From Crocinitomicaceae bacterium (GTDB lineage Bacteria > Patescibacteriota > Minisyncoccia > Phycocordibacterales > UBA1006), in assembly GCA_047637555.1 (NCBI GenBank), contig JBLIKX010000001.1, forward strand, positions 8,294 through 72,293: DNA of 64,000 nucleotides. Reading direction: 5' to 3'. The notes beneath the pieces are model-generated. The model made no database searches, was not told where the DNA came from, and saw only the letters and a list, made by a program, of their open reading frames with translations. The position numbers and the translations under genes were made by a program. This document shows positions 40,484 through 52,309 of the stretch, one piece after another (the stretch's first letter is position 1; each line of letters starts with the position of its first letter).

Positions 40484-41539
40484 ATGAATAGTTTTTTACA
40501 AAAAATTTATAATAAATTCTCAAATGATATTGGAATTGATTTAGGTACAGCAAATACACTTGTTCATGTAAAAGGACAGGGTGTTTTAATCAACGAACCA
40601 TCGGTTGTTGCCATGAATACAAAAACAAATCGAGTAGTCGCTGTCGGGAATGACGCTCGAGAAATGCTAGGGAGAAATCCAGGGCACATTGACGTTATTC
40701 GACCACTAGTAGATGGTGTAATTTCAGATTTTGATGTTACCGAAGAAATGCTTTCATATTTAATTCGAAAGGCAGAATCTAAATCAAAGAAGTTTTTTAG
40801 ACCACGCGTTATTGTTGGGGTACCATCAGGAATAACCAACGTGGAACACCGTGCCGTTTATGATGCTTCTCACAATGCTGGAGCCAGAGAAGTTTATATT
40901 ATTGAAGAACCAATGGCTGCGGCTGTTGGGTTGGGACTACCGGTTCTCGAACCTGTAGGTTCAATGGTTATTGATATTGGCGGAGGTACCACCGATATTG
41001 CGGTTATATCTCTAGCTGGAGTGGTTCAGTCCAAAAATATTAAAATTGCTGGAGATAAGCTAAATCAAGATATCATTACCTATCTTCGTGATGAGTTTAA
41101 AATTCTTGTAGGAGAAAAAACAGCAGAAGAAATTAAAATCAAAATTGGTGCAATCAGTGATCACGAACAACTTGAATCAGAAATCAGAGGGAGAGATATT
41201 ATTACTGGTTTACCTCGGCAAATTTTGGTAAACAATTATGATATTCGCGAGGCAATTAATCACTCTATTTTAATCATTGTTGAGGGGGTAAAAGAGGTAC
41301 TTGAAAAAACACCACCAGAAATTGTTTCTGATGTTATGCAGCGAGGTATTTATCTTGTTGGAGGTGGAGCTATGATTGGTGGATTAGATGAACTTTTAAG
41401 GCGTGAATTAGAAATACCTGTTTACGTAGGAGAAGATCCTTTGTATGCAGTCGTAGTTGGAACGGGATTAGTGCTTGATCGGATCGACGATTATAAAGAA
41501 GTCCTAATTCACGAAGATGATGAGTTACCGTTACGATAA
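40484..41539 (+). CDS. mreB: rod-shape-determining actin homolog
   Basis: 'DIGIDLGTANTLVHVKGQGVLINEPSVVA', 'VIDIGGGTTDIAVISLAG'. Confidence 0.9.
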   Translation: MNSFLQKIYNKFSNDIGIDLGTANTLVHVKGQGVLINEPSVVAMNTKTNRVVAVGNDAREMLGRNPGHIDVIRPLVDGVISDFDVTEEMLSYLIRKAESKSKKFFRPRVIVGVPSGITNVEHRAVYDASHNAGAREVYIIEEPMAAAVGLGLPVLEPVGSMVIDIGGGTTDIAVISLAGVVQSKNIKIAGDKLNQDIITYLRDEFKILVGEKTAEEIKIKIGAISDHEQLESEIRGRDIITGLPRQILVNNYDIREAINHSILIIVEGVKEVLEKTPPEIVSDVMQRGIYLVGGGAMIGGLDELLRRELEIPVYVGEDPLYAVVVGTGLVLDRIDDYKEVLIHEDDELPLR

Positions 41540-42305
41540 GCAAAGACAGGTACGAAAACGTTGGTATATTTTTGGTACCATTTTTTTACTAATTGCCTTA
41601 TTTACACCAATATATTCTTGGTTTTTTGACATGCTTGAAAAACCGTTTGAGAAAAATTGGTCAGACCGAATTGCGTTAGAGGTTGAATCAAAAAATATTT
41701 TTCAATCATTCTATAACAAACAACGTATTATTGATGAAAATCAAACGCTAAAAGAAGATGTTAGACGATTAGAAATAGATAATCTACGTACTCGTTATTT
41801 ATCAGAGGAATTGGAGAAAAATTTATTATTACAAGAATTAACTAATATAGTACCTGCACATGTTGTACGTCGTGATATTTATGGCTCATCTGATATTTTT
41901 TTGATCAACCAAGGTGACGATACTGGATTGGCTGTTGGTGATAAGGTACTAAATTACAATAAAGTACTAATAGGGTATATTTCAGAGTTATATGATACAA
42001 GCTCAGAAGTAACATTATTTTCTCACGTGGATGAAACGCGAAATGGGATTCTATTTCCACATGATATTACGCTAAATGTTGAAGGGCATGGAAATGGTAC
42101 CTTTAAAATAAATGCTCCACGTGAGATTAATATAGTTGAGAATGATATATTTTATGATTTAGAAAATCCTGGTTTTATTATTGGAATTGTAAGAGAGGTA
42201 GTGTTTGACGCTCGAGACCCATTTAAACAAGTATACCTATCGTACCCTATGAGCCTTAATGAAATAAATTTAGTTGGAATTAAAAAAAGCACCCAAATCA
42301 ATTAG
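41517..42305 (+). CDS. mreC: rod-shape-determining protein MreC
   Basis: Directly downstream of mreB and overlapping it. N-terminal TM, coiled coil, then beta-domain 'GLAVGDKVLNYNKVLIGYISEL'. Confidence 0.6.
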   Translation: MMSYRYDKQRQVRKRWYIFGTIFLLIALFTPIYSWFFDMLEKPFEKNWSDRIALEVESKNIFQSFYNKQRIIDENQTLKEDVRRLEIDNLRTRYLSEELEKNLLLQELTNIVPAHVVRRDIYGSSDIFLINQGDDTGLAVGDKVLNYNKVLIGYISELYDTSSEVTLFSHVDETRNGILFPHDITLNVEGHGNGTFKINAPREINIVENDIFYDLENPGFIIGIVREVVFDARDPFKQVYLSYPMSLNEINLVGIKKSTQIN

Positions 42306-42416
42306 TATTGAATGGGTGTTTTATATTCGTATAGGCATAAAATCACTATTTTTTACATTGTCTTTTTAGTAATTTAAATAATTCTTCCTTTTTAATTACT
42401 CTTGGGTATACTTTGA

Positions 42417-43637
<1,221 letters not shown>

Positions 43638-43649
43638 TCTGTTGGTTTT

Positions 43650-43928
43650 TTATCCTTCAATAACTGAAACAACTTTTTTTATCTTAACGCTCCCGTTAAA
43701 ATGTTTTTTTCGAGTATGACTGAATTTTACAGTTCCTTCTTTTAAGGCGAACAATGTATGATCTTTTCCGATTCCTACATTAACTCCTGCCATGGTTTTT
43801 GTACCACGTTGTCGAACAATAATTGATCCAACTTGTGCTGATTGTCCGTCAGCTAGTTTCAATCCTAAATACTTTGGATTTGAATCTCGGAGGTTTTTTG
43901 CCGAACCACCGGCTTTCCTATGTGCCAT
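43650..43928 (-). CDS. rpmA: 50S ribosomal protein L27
   Basis: '[24 protein letters not shown]...[11 protein letters not shown]' is essentially the L27 consensus. Confidence 0.9.
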   Translation of the reverse strand: MAHRKAGGSAKNLRDSNPKYLGLKLADGQSAQVGSIIVRQRGTKTMAGVNVGIGKDHTLFALKEGTVKFSHTRKKHFNGSVKIKKVVSVIEG

Positions 43929-43999
43929 ATATAATTACGAGTTCTTATAAACAAGAACCTTGTGTAGTATACTTAGTGTTAATAATAGAAAGCAGGATA

Positions 44000-44398
44000 A
44001 TGGGTCCTAACAATCAGAGTAACATGCGGATTATAAACAAAGTAAACAAAAAAATCAAGGACCTGGTACATCATAAATGGTTTGATGAGGTTTTGTGGGT
44101 TACCCTTATTATGTTTGTGGGACTTGGTATGTTTTCCTTTGGGGTAGTGTACCAACGCCATGCATATCTAGAGCGTAATCCTCTACTCATCGAATATTCT
44201 GATGAAGCAATTGCTTTATGGGAAACCTATCAAAATATTAAAACAGAGAACCAAGAATTCTTTGGCTCAAAGAATGGATCGATAGTCTATCCTGTTGGAT
44301 GTACAAAAGGAAATCGTATTAAAGAAGAGAATATAGTATTTTTTGGAAGTTTAAATGATGCAACTGAAAGAGGATATAAAAAAGTAGAAGGGTGTTAA
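44000..44398 (+). CDS. membrane-anchored protein with Ada-like metal-binding C-terminal domain
   Basis: TM segment, then 'YPVGCTKGNRIKEENIVFFGSLNDATERGYKKVEGC', resembling the Ada_Zn_binding 'Y...C...RI.pENl.fF.s..eA...GYrpC' pattern. The track ORF starts at 43823, overlapping rpmA; the ATG at 44000 is preferred. Confidence 0.4.
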   Translation: MGPNNQSNMRIINKVNKKIKDLVHHKWFDEVLWVTLIMFVGLGMFSFGVVYQRHAYLERNPLLIEYSDEAIALWETYQNIKTENQEFFGSKNGSIVYPVGCTKGNRIKEENIVFFGSLNDATERGYKKVEGC

Positions 44399-44405
44399 TT
44401 AGGTA

Positions 44406-44687
44406 TTATAAAAAACGAAACTGCTCACCTAAATTTTCTTTTAAAATATTCATGATCACTTCTGGCGAGACGTCATCATATATCCTAAACTGCTGTTTAT
44501 ACATTTTCCCAGTTACTGTTAGTAAATGACATCCAGATTCTGAGCTGTGTTTAACTGTAGTTCTATGGTCTCGTCTACCTTTAATAGAAATGATAATTCC
44601 ATAGCTGGTATTAATAATCCTATGTTTTTTAAGAAGTTTATTGATAATTCTGACTGAGTTTATTGCGGTTGTTTTGGAGCCTCTCAT
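44406..44687 (-). CDS. small basic protein (weak L21-like motif?)
   Basis: 93 aa. 'ISIKGRRDHRTTVKH...TVTG' loosely resembles the L21 'KFRRRKHYRKQQGH...VKITG' segment. Positioned upstream of rpmA on the same strand, but separated from it by an opposite-strand gene. Confidence 0.25.
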   Translation of the reverse strand: MRGSKTTAINSVRIINKLLKKHRIINTSYGIIISIKGRRDHRTTVKHSSESGCHLLTVTGKMYKQQFRIYDDVSPEVIMNILKENLGEQFRFL

Positions 44688-45135
44688 AATTATTGTTTTA
44701 GGAATTTTCTCTGGTTATCCAGAAAAATTTATTGAAATAAATGAGCGCTAGTGAATATTATTTACGGTATACTCTTGGTTATAGAACTGTACCTCGAGTG
44801 TATTTCGATTTTTACAGTCACTTTCGCTTTCTTAAAAATTATGCAATTCATAATAGTCGCTGAACTCCTTTATTCATCTAACTATAGCACGTTGACACAT
44901 TTTATGACTTTGTTAATGTGGTCGGAGATTAAAAGTAGTCACTAATTAAATAATTCAAAAATCATTTTTAAATGCACTTAAATTCAGTACGACCATCAAG
45001 CATTTTTCCAAGAGTTAACTATTTTAATAAACCTCGAAAAAAGTAAATATTTCTTCATAAAACAACAATACTTCTATTTTTTTTTGAGGTATTTTTTATT
45101 TCCTTATCATGCTAAATCTGCCATTATTTACAAAT

Positions 45136-45650
45136 ATGAATACATCAAAAGAAGTTACTCTTATCGAATTTTTATTTGTTATCTCAATTATTGGATTATT
45201 ATCCACCATTATTGTAGGCAGCTTGTGCGATGATCGAGCTTGAGATATTAAACAACTTGGAAGTATTAGAACAATTCAAATGGCATTAGAAATTTATAAT
45301 TTAGATAATGGTTTTTATCCCCCACATGCTGTTTAACTTGCGTTCAACCTAATTCATCTAAGGGTGCTTAGGTATAAAGTCCATATACTTCTTGGGAAAA
45401 TCTAAGTTTTGGACTAGGAATCACATTAGTTGTTGATATTATAAATTATGAAGGTTTGAGTACCACAATTGGAGATAGACTATATAATTATGATTATTTC
45501 AAATCTGTTCCTAGTTACCCAAAAGGTTCAGGATATTTTATTAAAGTTAAACTAAAATCAGATTTTTCCTGCAACTACTTTAGATCCTGAGGTTAAACCT
45601 TGTGATACGGGTACTAAATATTATTAGGGTTCTGGTATTACCATATGAGC
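45136..45650 (+). pseudogene. decayed type IV pilin-like gene
   Basis: The ATG at 45136 starts 'MNTSKEVTLIEFLFVISIIGLLSTIIVGSLCDDRA*DIKQLGSIRTIQMALEIYNLDNGFYPPHAV*', i.e. prepilin leader, hydrophobic helix and the conserved RD.K...IR.IQ.ALE.Y..DNG.YP block, broken by in-frame TGA and TAA. Downstream there are frameshifts and stops in all frames. Confidence 0.6.
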
Positions 45651-45713
45651 ATCTCCTCTTTTACAAGTTCTCGTAGGGCTTTTTTGTTTTAATAAATTCG
45701 CTATAGTGTTTGT

Positions 45714-47744
45714 ATGTCACAAAAGTTTAATCTTCAATCAGAATATTCACCTGCAGGTGATCAGCCAAAGGCCATAGAGACTCTCGTTAGTGGACTTAAA
45801 AAAGGTCAGGAAAAACAAACACTCCTAGGAATAACCGGTTCAGGTAAAACTTTTACGATGGCAAATGTGATCCAGCAAGTCCAACAGCCAACTTTGGTTA
45901 TTGCCCACAACAAGACACTTGCTGCTCAATTAGCACAGGAATTTCAAGAATTTTTTCCAGAGAATGCCGTTCATTATTTTGTTTCCTATTATGATTACTA
46001 TCAGCCTGAGGCCTATGTTACAGCGAGTGATACATACATCGAAAAAGACGCACAAATTAATGATGAAATTAATCGCCTTCGTCATGCAACAACTCAATCC
46101 TTGTTACTACGTAATGATGTAATTATTGTGGCATCTGTTTCGTGTATTTATGGTTTAGGTTCACCGAAAGAGTATTTTGACAAAAACTTTTTAATTACGG
46201 TTGGTGAGAAATTATCTAAAATAGATATTATGCGGCGACTCGTTGAAATTCAATTTGATAGAACAACGGCCGATCTTACTCCTGGAGCATTTCGTTCGAT
46301 AGGAAACACTATTGATATTATGCCAACGTCGTCTGAAAAGATTATGTACAGTATTGATATCACAGGAGGGGTGGTAGATCAAATTCAAGTCATTAATCCT
46401 GTTTCAGGAGTTATCCTAGAAGAAATTGATCATATTGTTATTTTTCCAGCAAAACATTTTATGACTGATGGTGACAAGAAAGAGACTGCCATGAAACTTA
46501 TTAAGGAAGAATTAAATAAATCTCTAGCAGAATTTCAAAAGGAAAATAAATATTTAGAATATGACCGTTTAAAGCGTCGGACAGAATATGATTTGGCAAT
46601 GATTCGTGAGGTTGGTTATTGTTCAGGTATTGAAAACTATTCGAGACACCTTTCTGGTAAGAAAGAAGGAGAGGCTCCAGACACACTAATCTCATATTTT
46701 CCTCATGATAAAAACGGCAAACCAGAATTCCTAACAATTATAGATGAGTCTCACATGACGATTCCACAAATCCGTGCGATGTATGCAGGCGATCAATCTC
46801 GAAAAGGAAATTTAGTACAACACGGATTCAGACTACCTAGTGCCAAAGACAACCGGCCCTTACAATTTCCTGAATTTGAGAATCGTGTTGGTCAGCAAGT
46901 CTACGTTTCGGCAACACCAGCAGATTATGAACGAGAGGTCTCAGAAACCCTGGTTGAGCAAATTATTCGTCCAACAGGACTCCTAGATCCAATCGTAGAA
47001 CAACACGGTGTAAAGGCTCGAACAGAGGACGATTATCCAGGTCAAATTCAACATTTTATTGCTCAGGCACAAATTGATATTGAAAAAGGCGGACGGGTAC
47101 TCGCAACAACGCTCACCAAAAAAATGGCAGAGGATTTATCAATATACCTCAAGGATAAAGAAATAAAGGCAGAGTATTTACATAGTGATGTAAAGACCAT
47201 GGACCGTATCAAAATTATTACTGAGTTTAGGAAGGGAAGCTTTGATATTTTGATTGGGGTTAATTTATTACGTGAAGGGTTAGATTTACCAGAGGTAACC
47301 TTAATTGGGATTCTTGACGCAGATAAGGCAGGGTTTTTGCGTTCTAAAACATCATTAGTTCAAACAATTGGACGTGCTGCTCGTAATCAGAATGGTCGTG
47401 TTATTGTCTATGCTGATCATATGACAGAAGCTCTTGAATTTGCGGTTTCTGAAACAGCTCGTCGCCGAAAATTGCAACAGATCCATAATAAAAAGAATAA
47501 CATCACTCCAGCGACAATTAAAAAAACTATTCATGATATTACCGAACGTATGCAATCAGAACATGTAAAGACGGTTTTGAGTGAAATGGAAACAGATCTT
47601 TCTGCCTTTAGTGGGAATATTAAAAAATTAATTAAGTATAAAAAGAGGGCAATGAACGATGCTGTGAAGGAGTTAGATTTTGAACGTGCGGCTATTGTAC
47701 GGGATCAGTTGATTGAGTTGGAGGGAAGGCTAGGTGAAGAATAA
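45714..47744 (+). CDS. uvrB: excinuclease ABC subunit B
   Basis: Walker A 'GITGSGKTFTMANVI', beta-hairpin region, helicase motifs, C-terminal UVR domain 'FERAAIVRDQLIELE'. Confidence 0.9.
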   Translation: MSQKFNLQSEYSPAGDQPKAIETLVSGLKKGQEKQTLLGITGSGKTFTMANVIQQVQQPTLVIAHNKTLAAQLAQEFQEFFPENAVHYFVSYYDYYQPEAYVTASDTYIEKDAQINDEINRLRHATTQSLLLRNDVIIVASVSCIYGLGSPKEYFDKNFLITVGEKLSKIDIMRRLVEIQFDRTTADLTPGAFRSIGNTIDIMPTSSEKIMYSIDITGGVVDQIQVINPVSGVILEEIDHIVIFPAKHFMTDGDKKETAMKLIKEELNKSLAEFQKENKYLEYDRLKRRTEYDLAMIREVGYCSGIENYSRHLSGKKEGEAPDTLISYFPHDKNGKPEFLTIIDESHMTIPQIRAMYAGDQSRKGNLVQHGFRLPSAKDNRPLQFPEFENRVGQQVYVSATPADYEREVSETLVEQIIRPTGLLDPIVEQHGVKARTEDDYPGQIQHFIAQAQIDIEKGGRVLATTLTKKMAEDLSIYLKDKEIKAEYLHSDVKTMDRIKIITEFRKGSFDILIGVNLLREGLDLPEVTLIGILDADKAGFLRSKTSLVQTIGRAARNQNGRVIVYADHMTEALEFAVSETARRRKLQQIHNKKNNITPATIKKTIHDITERMQSEHVKTVLSEMETDLSAFSGNIKKLIKYKKRAMNDAVKELDFERAAIVRDQLIELEGRLGEE

Positions 47745-48240
47745 AAAACCAGTTATTAAGGTTTTTTATTTTAAATTCATATGAAATAAAAACATATTCT
47801 TTTTCGATGACACTGTATATTCCTAAAATACTAAAAAATATAATGATTCTTCATAACTACAAGTATCAAGTATTTTATAATTCTTATCTCTATACTAGGA
47901 GCAAAAAAAGTTCTTAGCTCTGGAACATTAAGACTCTTCACTATTAATATAAATGAAATTGTTGTTGTTCTTTGAACATAAATACAAAAAAATTCTAGAG
48001 CAAGAAAAATTTTTCAAACGGTTTTGGAATAAAAAAATCTTGTTTATATCTTTTTTCTTCTCCATACATCTATTTTTTTTATTTTAACTATTTTGAATTA
48101 CTGTAGTAAATGAATAAACGAGTGCAACGATTATAGTATTTTTTTTACTGAATTTTCTAGATCCTTATTGAAAATACCTAGAACATTTTTAGGTAGACTT
48201 TCCATATAAAACTTTCTGACTATAATGAAAGAATACTATT

Positions 48241-50886
48241 ATGGCAAAAGCAGATCAAAATAAAATAAACCAGGAATGGATTACTATTAAGGGTGCGCGA
48301 ACGCATAACTTGAAAGATATCGATGTTCAAATCCCTCGTAATAAAATGACCGTTATTACAGGTCTTTCGGGGTCAGGAAAATCATCGTTGGCATTTGATA
48401 CGATATTTGCGGAAGGACAACGACGATATGTTGAATCACTATCGAGTTATGCGCGTCAATTCTTGAACCAAATGTCGAAACCTGATGTAGATGAAATTAC
48501 AGGTCTCTCCCCAGCGATTTCAATTGATCAAAAAACACGATCAAATAATCCACGTTCAACGATTGCGACTATTACAGAAATCTATGATTATTTGCGTATT
48601 CTCTACGCACGAATAGGACAGCCATTTTCTCCTATTTCTGGTTTACGGATCAAAAAACTTTCAAATCAAGAAATTCTAGATTTTGTTTTTAAGATTGTGG
48701 AAAAAAACAAAGATCCTAAAAAAGCTAAAAAGGTTATGGGAGTGTCGGTTGATGAAATGCAGGTACATATTTTAACACCAGTCATTCGAGGAAGAAAAGG
48801 TGAGCACTATCAATTAATGTATGACATGTTGAACAAGGGATACGCCAAGGCCCGCGTTGATGGATCAATGAAGAGTCTACGCAAACAAATAAAACTGACT
48901 AAAACAAAAAAACATGACATTGACTTTGTTGTGGATAGTTTTGCCGTTCATGAATTTACAGATAACCCGGACGATGTACGATTGCGACTAGGAGAGGCGG
49001 TAGAGAAGGCTATCGACGAGTCAGAAGGGATGATCAAGATCCTTGTTGAAACAGAATCAGGTGAATTAATTGATGAAACATTGATGTCTGCGAAATTAGT
49101 TTGTCCGGAAGATGGGTATGTTTTTCCCGAGATTGAACCACGACTTTTTTCGTTTAACTCACCCTACGGTGCATGTCCTACTTGTAATGGACTAGGAACA
49201 AAGCATATGTTTGGGGAAGATGTTTGCCCTGAATGTATGGGTGCACGATTAAGACCAGAAGCCTTGCAAGTGTTTCTTGGAAAATATGACAAAGATAATA
49301 ATGTTGTTGATCACGAAGACCATCGAAAAAACATCGATGATTTTGTTGATATGAAAATCTCAGAGGCCTATGAATTCATGGCTGAAATTGATCTAACCGA
49401 AAAAGAAGCAAAAATTGCAGCACCGCTATTACGAGAAATTGAAAACCGTCTTGAGTTTCTTATGTCTGTTGGGTTGGAATATCTTTCATTAGGTCGCCGA
49501 GCTCATACGCTCTCTGGTGGAGAGTCTCAGCGTATTCGTTTAGCGTCACAACTAGGTTCTCAACTTGTTGGGGCTCTATATGTACTTGACGAGCCAACGA
49601 TTGGTCTGCATGCACGCGATAATAAACGCCTTATTCAAACCCTTCGTGAGCTGACTGAAAAAGGAAATACTATTATCGTAGTAGAACACGATGAGGAAAC
49701 AATTTTTGCATCTGACTATTTAATAGAGATTGGTCCAGGTGCAGGAAAGCACGGGGGAGAAGTAATTGTTGCTGATGAATTACAAAAATTATTAAAGTCT
49801 CCAGCATCTATTAAGAAATCACTTACCTTGCAATATCTGACCGGTAAGAAAAAGATTGAATTACCAATAAGACGACGCACCAAAGACAAGGGGGGAATTG
49901 CTATCGAAGGTATTGTTCATAATAATTTAAAGAATGTGAATATTGAAATTCCATTAAATAAACTAACCTGTATCACCGGTGTTTCTGGATCTGGAAAATC
50001 ATCATTTATGCATGGGGTTTTGGCTAAAAATATGGAAGCACGTCTATCACGACGGAATAAATCAAATGAGGTTATTCGTGCACACACGGCACATGGATTT
50101 AGTCAGATTTCTCGGGGAATTGTAATTGATCAGTCTCCTATTGGAAGAACACCTCGTAGTAACCCGGCAACGTATACAGGAGCCTTTGATCATATCCGCG
50201 ACCTCTTTGCCGAAACAACCGAAGCGCAAATTCGTGGTTGGAAGGCCGGACGGTTTTCGTTTAATACCAAAGGAGGAAGATGTGAGGCTTGTCAGGGGCG
50301 AGGAACAGTAGCTGTTGAAATGGGATTTCTACCGACTGTTCATGTGACCTGTGATGTCTGTATGGGAAAACGCTACGAAAAAGAAACCTTACAGGTTCAA
50401 TTTAAAGGAAAGAATATTTACCAAGTTTTAGAGATGAATATTGAAGACGCACAAAAATTCTTTGGTGATATTCCAGCAATTAATGATCGTTTGGTTACAA
50501 TGTTACAAACAGGGTTAGGTTATTTAAAATTGGGACAACCAGCTAATACTCTCTCTGGAGGAGAATCACAACGCGTAAAGATCTCTTCTGAATTATACCG
50601 ACCTCAATTAGATAAAACATTGTATCTATTAGATGAGCCAACGGTTGGTCTACATTTTGAAGATGTAAAAAAATTAATTGAAATTATTCAACGATTGGTA
50701 AACAAAGGTAATACTGTTGTGGTAATCGAACATAATATGGATTTGATTAAATGTTCAGATTATATGATTGATTTTGGTCCAAAATCAGGAGACGAAGGAG
50801 GAAAGGTAGTCGCAAAGGGTACCCCAGAAAATATTGTAGATAATAAAAATTCAGTAACCGGAGAATTCTTACGAAAACATTTATAA
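48241..50886 (+). CDS. uvrA: excinuclease ABC subunit A
   Basis: Two ABC modules ('GLSGSGKSSLAFDT', 'GVSGSGKSS'), Zn fingers 'CPTCNGLG' and 'CEACQGRGT', signature 'LSGGESQR' twice. Confidence 0.9.
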   Translation: MAKADQNKINQEWITIKGARTHNLKDIDVQIPRNKMTVITGLSGSGKSSLAFDTIFAEGQRRYVESLSSYARQFLNQMSKPDVDEITGLSPAISIDQKTRSNNPRSTIATITEIYDYLRILYARIGQPFSPISGLRIKKLSNQEILDFVFKIVEKNKDPKKAKKVMGVSVDEMQVHILTPVIRGRKGEHYQLMYDMLNKGYAKARVDGSMKSLRKQIKLTKTKKHDIDFVVDSFAVHEFTDNPDDVRLRLGEAVEKAIDESEGMIKILVETESGELIDETLMSAKLVCPEDGYVFPEIEPRLFSFNSPYGACPTCNGLGTKHMFGEDVCPECMGARLRPEALQVFLGKYDKDNNVVDHEDHRKNIDDFVDMKISEAYEFMAEIDLTEKEAKIAAPLLREIENRLEFLMSVGLEYLSLGRRAHTLSGGESQRIRLASQLGSQLVGALYVLDEPTIGLHARDNKRLIQTLRELTEKGNTIIVVEHDEETIFASDYLIEIGPGAGKHGGEVIVADELQKLLKSPASIKKSLTLQYLTGKKKIELPIRRRTKDKGGIAIEGIVHNNLKNVNIEIPLNKLTCITGVSGSGKSSFMHGVLAKNMEARLSRRNKSNEVIRAHTAHGFSQISRGIVIDQSPIGRTPRSNPATYTGAFDHIRDLFAETTEAQIRGWKAGRFSFNTKGGRCEACQGRGTVAVEMGFLPTVHVTCDVCMGKRYEKETLQVQFKGKNIYQVLEMNIEDAQKFFGDIPAINDRLVTMLQTGLGYLKLGQPANTLSGGESQRVKISSELYRPQLDKTLYLLDEPTVGLHFEDVKKLIEIIQRLVNKGNTVVVIEHNMDLIKCSDYMIDFGPKSGDEGGKVVAKGTPENIVDNKNSVTGEFLRKHL

Positions 50887-50914
50887 AAAAACCACTCAAC
50901 CTTGAGTGGTTTTA
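50885..50914 (+). terminator. rho-independent terminator after uvrA
   Basis: ACCACTCAA-cc-TTGAGTGGT hairpin preceded by an A-run and followed by TTTTAACTT. Confidence 0.6.
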
Positions 50915-51163
50915 ACTTATTGACGATGTTTTTTCCTCTTAAATCACTAAAATTATGATAGGAATAAAGATGAGTGGTTTGTATTTTAGGTTTTAAATAT
51001 TTATTTTTATCTTCTTATTTGAACCTAATTTCAGCTTACTGAGTAGTTCAATAATATTCCTTTTATTTACAATACTCATATAATTCTATTTTGTAAATAC
51101 CCCTTTCAAGGGTCTTGCTAATAATAATACTCTATGTTATCGTGACGGAAGTACAGATAAAAT

Positions 51164-52249
51164 TTGCGAATATATATTATGAAAAAAATACGAAAAATTA
51201 AACTAAACTTTAAACCACAAACCTCTTCAAAAAAACTTTTGAAAGGATTAAAAAATAGAGATCGTTATGTCCTTGAAAGTCGTTTTGGACTTGAAGACAT
51301 CAATAAAAAAACTTTAGAAGCTATTGGTCAAGAATATGATATTACACGAGAACGTGTCCGTCAAATTCAAGACGCTGCCTTAAAAGCCATTCGTAAATCT
51401 GATAATTATGAAGAAGCTCGAGAAGTTTTTGAAGAAATTGAAACAATGATAAACAATTTTGGTGGAGTTGTTTCTGAAGACCATTTTCTTGATCATACAC
51501 ATGAGGATGAATTAATTCAGAATCATATTCATTTTCATCTTGTTATAGGTGATACTTTTAAGAAGCACAAGGAAGATAAAAAATTCCGTGCTCGTTGGTC
51601 AGTAAATGGAGAATTAACTGACAAGGTTCACTCAGCATTAGAAAAACTACACGACCATGTAACTGACGAAGAACTTCTTTCGGAAGAACAAATGGTTCTA
51701 AAATTCCTCGATCGTTTAGATGGTGTTGAGGATGGTTATGTAGATAATGAGATTGCTCAGCAATTTCTTATGCTTTCAAAACTTGTGGCTAAAAATCCAC
51801 TTGGTGATTGGGGATTAACATCTTCACAAAATATTTCAGTTCGAGGTATTCGTGATTATGCCTACCTCATTATGAAAAAAAATGGTTCACCTATGCACTT
51901 TAGAGAAGTGGCTGAATCTATCACTGATACCTTTGATAAAAAAGCTCATCCTGCAACAACTCATAATGAGTTAATCAAAGATGACAGATTTGTTCTTGTT
52001 GGAAGAGGGATGTATGGATTGAAAGAATGGGGTTATCGATCAGGCGTTGTAAAAGATGTCATTCGAGACCTTATTGATGAGCGTGGTCCATTAGCAAAAG
52101 AAGAAATTATTGAATCTGTTCTCAAGGAACGATATCTGAAAGAAAATACTATTTTAGTAAATCTCTCTAATAAGGATTACTTTAAGAAGGACGAAGATGG
52201 AAAGTACGTTCTCGCTGAGGGAGCAAAGAAAAAACTTAAAAATAAGTAA
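51164..52249 (+). CDS. sigma-70 region-4-like HTH plus HARE-HTH-like domain protein
   Basis: N-terminal 'DRYVLESRFGLEDINKKTLEAIGQEYDITRERVRQIQDAALKAIRK' is a textbook sigma region 4.2. C-terminal 'HFREVAESITD...THNELIKDDRFVLVGRGMYGLKEWGY' matches the HARE-HTH hallmark 'RFvrvGRGlYgLreW'. Likely start at MKKIRK (51179). Confidence 0.5.
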   Translation: MRIYIMKKIRKIKLNFKPQTSSKKLLKGLKNRDRYVLESRFGLEDINKKTLEAIGQEYDITRERVRQIQDAALKAIRKSDNYEEAREVFEEIETMINNFGGVVSEDHFLDHTHEDELIQNHIHFHLVIGDTFKKHKEDKKFRARWSVNGELTDKVHSALEKLHDHVTDEELLSEEQMVLKFLDRLDGVEDGYVDNEIAQQFLMLSKLVAKNPLGDWGLTSSQNISVRGIRDYAYLIMKKNGSPMHFREVAESITDTFDKKAHPATTHNELIKDDRFVLVGRGMYGLKEWGYRSGVVKDVIRDLIDERGPLAKEEIIESVLKERYLKENTILVNLSNKDYFKKDEDGKYVLAEGAKKKLKNK

Positions 52250-52309
52250 ACAAAAAAACATACTCTGTATGTTTTTTTGTTTTGTATATTAAAGTGATAC
52301 ACTAATGGT

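Noticed and set aside
43823-43999. N-terminal extension of ORF 43823..44398 (TTG start).
   Set aside because: The extension overlaps the rpmA coding region on the opposite strand. The ATG at 44000 gives a sensible TM-first protein.
45136-45650. Considered whether in-frame TGA/TAA in the pilin-like ORFs reflect stop-codon reassignment (e.g. TGA=Gly as in some CPR lineages).
   Set aside because: Long, well-conserved genes throughout the window (rpoB, rpoC, uvrA, alaS) are full length under the standard code and terminate on TAA/TAG/TGA. The pilin loci also contain frameshifts.
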